A stretch of DNA of 64,000 bases from Macrostomum lignano (Eukaryota), in NCBI GenBank assembly GCA_002269645.1, contig NIVC01000418.1:62001-126000 (forward strand), read 5' to 3'. The translations under genes and the position numbers were made by a program. How positions within the stretch are numbered: the first letter of the stretch is position 1; every line of letters begins with the position of its first letter. The notes below the pieces were generated by a model. That model made no database searches. It was given only the letters and a program-made list of their open reading frames with translations, and was not told the DNA's origin. This document shows positions 58,401-64,000 of this stretch, piece after piece.

Positions 58401-59016
58401 TTGTTATGTTTCTGTTTTCCCATGCTATTTAAGTTACTATTTAAGTTAAATTATAAAAGAATTAAAGAACTAAAAACATGTTCCTACCATTGTTTTCGAT
58501 GTTAAAAAAATACTTTTCTGCGCCGTCTTTTTTACAATACACTCGTATTTAGTTCTTTTGTACCATTTCCTAAAGCCTAATTAAAGCCTTGTGGAGTTCA
58601 AAAAGGGTTAAGTGCTTCATTGTAATAATTGGACAACAATTGCATTATTTATGAGCCACAGAAAGCTACGGCGTACATTGGTTTACTATATAATTGAACA
58701 GGCATATCAGTCGCATATAGTTGGCATAAAAGCAGCATTACACTGGCATTTCATGCTAACATAATGCCTGGATCCCGTCGCGACATTCAGTCTGGCATGA
58801 TATGCCAGCATTATTCCAACAATGCAGCCACAATGCTACGAAGTACATTGGTTAACTACGTAATTGAACAGGCATATCAGTCGCATATAGTTGGCATAAA
58901 AGCAGCATTACACTGGCACTTCATGCTAACATTATGCCTGGATCTCGTCGCGACATTCAGTCTGGCATGATGCTGGCATAATATTCCGGCATTATTCCGA
59001 CAATGCGGACACTGGG
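55419..59016 (+). mobile_element. Decayed 3.6-kb EnSpm/CACTA (CMC superfamily) DNA transposon inserted in (TCTG)n
   Basis: Imperfect terminal inverted repeats start CCCAGTGTCC at both ends; 2-bp TG duplication; ATGCCAG-type subterminal repeats including a ~170-bp duplication (58673/58843); transposase remnant inside. Confidence 0.82.
57890..58350 (+). pseudogene. EnSpm-type transposase remnant
   Basis: GCNYC..., RTD, FPVDY*HSVCLGVVRQLL, IPNEFQ*RPR, HFKATEFR and LLYLGPYLLKKYL across frames, with stops and frameshifts. Confidence 0.85.
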
Positions 59017-59611
<595 letters not shown>

Positions 59612-61285
59612 AATACCTCTCCTCATCTAGAGCCTTTTTCTTTGTTTTTGTGCCCCTGTTTTTTGCCTGACATTTATCCTACCCAGGGCTCATACATACC
59701 TGTGTTACCGCCCGTCTCTATTTCACGTATCCAATCAAGAATCCATAACAATCCAATGGAGTCCAATAGTCGCTAATGACCAGTCGCTATCTGAAAGCAA
59801 GGACTCAAGTCTCCTGTTGCCAGATATTCAATTAATTATTTTCGATATCGAATTTTACTTGAAGATTAAATTGCGTGCAAAAACCTTTCATTTTATATCT
59901 TAGCTCCTATTTCGGGCTGCTTATCACGGCAGTAATAAAACAGGTAAGAGTATATTATTAATCACAATGTGAAAGGGTGAGAGATACAGTCATACAGGAT
60001 AGCTAATATAACAGAAACATTTAATAAAACGAAATATATTTCAAGTAGAGGATATTTAACATACAGCTCTGAAGTCTGTCAACAATTCTGGAATATTGTG
60101 GCGTGCAAGGTTACAAAATCTTCTTTTTGAGGCGTATTATAGGCAATTTCGAGTAAGTTCCAGTGGACCATTTCAAAGCATGCACAGACGCAGGCAACTT
60201 GCTTTGACAACAAGAGAACAGCTGCTTGTCATACTCATAAGTTGATATATTGCTTGGTCAAAGTAGATGAGGTAAGTCGTTAGAATTTGTTAATAAATAA
60301 ATAACTTAGGCTAAAATACTGCTTTAGAAGATAGATGTAAAGTCATCCATTGTTAGTGACAACTTTTGATTTCATAACACTTGATCTTCCATTAATTTTA
60401 AACTGGTAATCTCAAACGCAGCGTTTTAAACAAATTAAAGCCATTGAAAAAATGAAGCTAAAACAAGCAAGTTTCACAGCTAGCTTTAGTTAAACAAAAA
60501 CTTATTAAGGTGAGAACTTAGATGCTTAGGTGCAAAATATAGATGAAATTACAGTTTAATACTTAGATAAAACGAAAAGCAGATCCGTTTAAAATAGAAT
60601 GACAAAAGAATTAGATTTCTAGCTAAAAAGTGTTTTACACGGTCATATTGTATTGCAGACAATCTTCGAACAAAAATTGAAAGTGAAAAGGGATGTAGAA
60701 GCATCTCTGCTGTGAAAGAAACGAAAAAATTGTAAAACATATATTACTACTGTCCAGATTAGCCTTGGACAGTAGCTACATGCGCATTTAAATTGTAGTG
60801 TTATAATTTTTGCTTCGTTTCCTATTTTAATCGACCTACAAGTCCCTCTATCGACCTGGTATTTACGATTCAAATCTTTCGTCTACTTGTTTCAGTAGTC
60901 TAAATTGAATCTCTCACAATGTGAAATCTGCCGCCAAGGGGAGTAGAATCGCCAGAAATATTTGTACACAGGGAACTGTGATGCAGGAGCCTGGGAACTA
61001 GTGGAAATTCCGTTCGTCCCGATAGTAAAACAGCATAGGGAGCCTGAGTACACTGTGGGACTGATCTGTGCCGCACGGAATTTCCACGGATTTTCCGGCA
61101 GCACATTAGTCTATATATATCCCCGCTTGCTATATAGATTTTCTTACTAAAATGTTAAACTTAAGTTCGACAACATTTTGACAAAATAATTAACAAAAAA
61201 CTCTACCAGAATAAAATTTCCTGTTCTAGATTCGTTCGATTCGATTAGTTTAAAACTAAATAATTTTGGCTGATCGATCCAATGT

Positions 61286-63770
61286 TCACGATATCGAATG
61301 ATGCATTCTGCGCTGCCCGTGCCCTGGGAACGGCAGCAGAGCCTCGGTTGCTGCGTCAGCCTCGTCAACTCCTTCGGATTCTTCAACAACCTGCATCGTC
61401 CTTGGCTGCTGATGCCTCGGCTGCAGCTGCTGCTGCTGCTGTTGTTGCAGTTGCCGACGTTCCAACTGGTTCAACAGGCCAAGCTCTGCGCGTAGATCGG
61501 CGCTTTCATCCCGGTGAAGTCCGCCCGAGTAGTCAAATATGGGTCGGATTGGCAGGCCAGCGTAGTCTATGGTGTGCTGTTGCTGCTGCTGCGGGCGGAA
61601 GCTATTTGACGTCCGGGGCAACCTTGGCGGTGGATGAGCACCGTTGGTGCTGACGCTGTCTGGCAGGCGGTGCAGCTCCATCTGCTGCGACTGTTTCGGC
61701 TGCTGACTGTCCTGACGCTGCGGTTCAATTTTTAAAGTCTCAGCCGGAGTTTCAGTCATGGTTGCAACGTCTGTCAGGGTTGCCGTACCGTTGCTGGGGT
61801 ACTGAGTTTCCTGGAAGTTAATAGTAAATATTTTGTTTTCTTCTGTTTATGCATTGGCGTTTTGAAGCAATGTACATGGGTAGAGAGAAGACGGGGTAGT
61901 TCCCAGTTCACTCAGCTATGATTTGTTGGCACAAGACCTACAGGGGTAGAGAGGTAATGGGTGAATGGGATGGCGCTCAGTTCACTCAGTTATCATTGGT
62001 TGACTTAGACCATACTGAATTAGGGTAGAGAGGGAATTGAGGTGGTGCTCAGTTCACTCAGTTATCATTGGTTGACTTAGACCATACTGAATTGGGGTAG
62101 AGAGGGAATGAAGATGGCGCTCAGTTCACTCAGTTATCATTGGTTGACTTAGACCATACTGCATTGGGGTAGAGAGGGAATGGGGATGGCGCTCAGTTCA
62201 CTCAGTTATCATTGGTTGACTTAGACCATACTGAGTTGGGGTAGAGAGGGAATGGGGATGGCGCTCAGTTCACTCAGTTATCATTGGTTGACTTAGACCA
62301 TACTGAATTGGGGTAGAGAGGGAATGAAGATGGCGCTCAGTTCACTCAGTTATCATTGGTTGACTTAGACCATACTGCATTGGGGTAGAGAGGGAATGGG
62401 GATGGCGCTCAGTTCACTCAGTTATCATTGGTTGACTTAGACCATACTGAATTAGGGTAGAGAGGGAATTGAGGTGGTGCTCAGTTCACTCAGTTATCAT
62501 TGGTTGACTTAGACCATACTGAATTGGGGTAGAGAGGGAATGGGGATGGCGCTCAGTTCACTCAGTTATCATTGGTTGACTTAGACCATATACTGCATTG
62601 GGGTAGAGAGGGAATGAAGATGGCGCTCAGTTCACTCAGTTATCATTGGTTGACTTAGACCATACTGAATTAGGGTAGAGAGGGAATTGAGGTGGTGCTC
62701 AGTTCACTCAGTTATCATTGGTTGACTTAGACCATACTGAATTGGGGTAGAGAGGGAATGGGGATGGCGCTCAGTTCACTCAGTTATCATTGGTTGACCT
62801 AGACCATACTGAATTGGGGTAGAGAGGTAATGGGGATGGCGCTCAGTTCACTCAGTTATCATTGGTTGACCTAGACCATACTGAATTGGGGTAGAGAGGT
62901 AATTGAGGTGGTGCTCAGTTCACTCAGTTATCATTTGTTGACCTAGACCATACTGAATTGGGGTAGAGAGGGAATGGGGATGGCGCTCAGTTCACTCAGT
63001 TATCATTGGTTGACTTAGACCATACTGAGTTGGGGTAGAGAGGGAATGGGGATGGCGCTCAGTTCACTCAGTTATCATTGGTTGACTTAGACCATACTGC
63101 ATTGGGGTAGAGAGGGAATGGGGATGGCGCTCAGTTCACTCAGTTATCATTGGTTGACTTAGACCATACTGAATTGGGGTAGAGAGGGAATGGGGATGGC
63201 GCTCAGTTCACTCAGCTATCATTGGTCGGTACTAGATCCTTACTCGTACTGGTACTTTGCTTGCTACTATCGAGCGTACATGTATATGTTTAGTACACAA
63301 CACTACACGAAAGTTCCCCTATAATGGGCAAAGCAAGCATAGCTATATAAAAAATGCTCAAAAAGTGACATACCACATTGTCGCACCTAGATGACAGTCG
63401 AGACCTTCTTAGTCGCCTGTCCAATCTTCGACGCCTGAAGTTTGAGAATTCAGTTTTACTGTGAAGCTTTCTCAATTTTATTGCTATAGAACTCTCTATA
63501 CAATAGTACAATAGTTTAGCGAATCCGACACAAAACGAAATATTAAATTAGAAACAATCGCTACTGCAAGTAGAGTGCAAAGCTGATTTTACAACATAAA
63601 AACTCTCTAGTCTCTATAAACAACACCCACTTACACTTTGTGAAGCATCAGACAGACGGACAGCAATACAATAGCTAGGACGGCAAAGACCGCCACGAAC
63701 ACAACACCAAGAGCGGCGGAGGAAATGGGCGCGGCTACCGCTTCCTGGCTCTGGTAAACTGCGGCGCCTT
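61286..63770 (-). CDS. Single-pass membrane protein, 3' exons (TM helix, basic stop-transfer segment, Gln-rich cytoplasmic tail); gene continues beyond the window
   Basis: Exons 63770-63635 (LGVVFVAVFAVLAIVLLSVCLML), 63434-63374 (RRRLDRRLRRSR) and 61810-61286 join in frame through gtaagt and gtatgt donors. Confidence 0.75.
61968..63226. repeat. 72-bp intronic minisatellite
   Basis: About 17 copies with a constant core and a variable purine-rich segment. Confidence 0.96.
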
Positions 63771-64000
63771 CTGAAATACATGTAACAACACGATAATTGA
63801 AGGCATAAAAAATAAATAATTACTAGGTGCAAGCTATACTATAAATATTTTTAGTACACTACTAATAGTAAGCGAAAAATATGCGCTTGAACGTAAAACT
63901 TGACGCACGACATTGAAATTCTAAATAAGGTTAAGATCGAATTAAGAGACACAGCAATTTGGTGAGCATTATATACGGCTACAAACCTGGCAAGGTACCA

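Noticed and set aside
61968-63226. 72-bp array with constant and variable segments that superficially resembles CRISPR
   Set aside because: The variable segments are a few recurring variants of one sequence rather than unique spacers; there are no cas genes and the array sits in a eukaryotic intron.

Overview
This is eukaryotic (metazoan) genomic DNA: intron-split genes with GT-AG junctions, embedded in a very dense mix of mini/microsatellites and mobile elements. Composition and gene types resemble a free-living flatworm such as Macrostomum (inference, not verified). I reconstructed the spliced genes by hand and checked exon phases. Genes, left to right: the 3' end of a CARMIL/LRRC16-like gene; a three-member cluster of secreted PAN/apple-fibrinogen-domain genes (one intact, two disrupted); a two-exon allatostatin-C-like neuropeptide precursor; a head-to-head pair of RING-finger genes (one decayed) bracketed by two sibling satellite arrays; a rhodopsin-family peptide GPCR; a complete UAP1; a gene with a very divergent ETS-like domain; and the 3' end of a single-pass membrane protein. 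Mobile DNA: a 2.2-kb solo LTR, two tRNA-derived SINE families, MITEs, a 2.46-kb TTAA-flanked foldback element and a decayed 3.6-kb EnSpm/CACTA transposon. The most striking item is a near-perfect 1075-bp tandem array (A-B-A-B-A) inside a GATA microsatellite that carries three type I hammerhead ribozyme motifs, resembling a Penelope-derived or retrozyme-like non-coding element. I found no CRISPR array, rRNA or intact tRNA gene. Most long ORFs in the supplied track are artefacts of tandem repeats.
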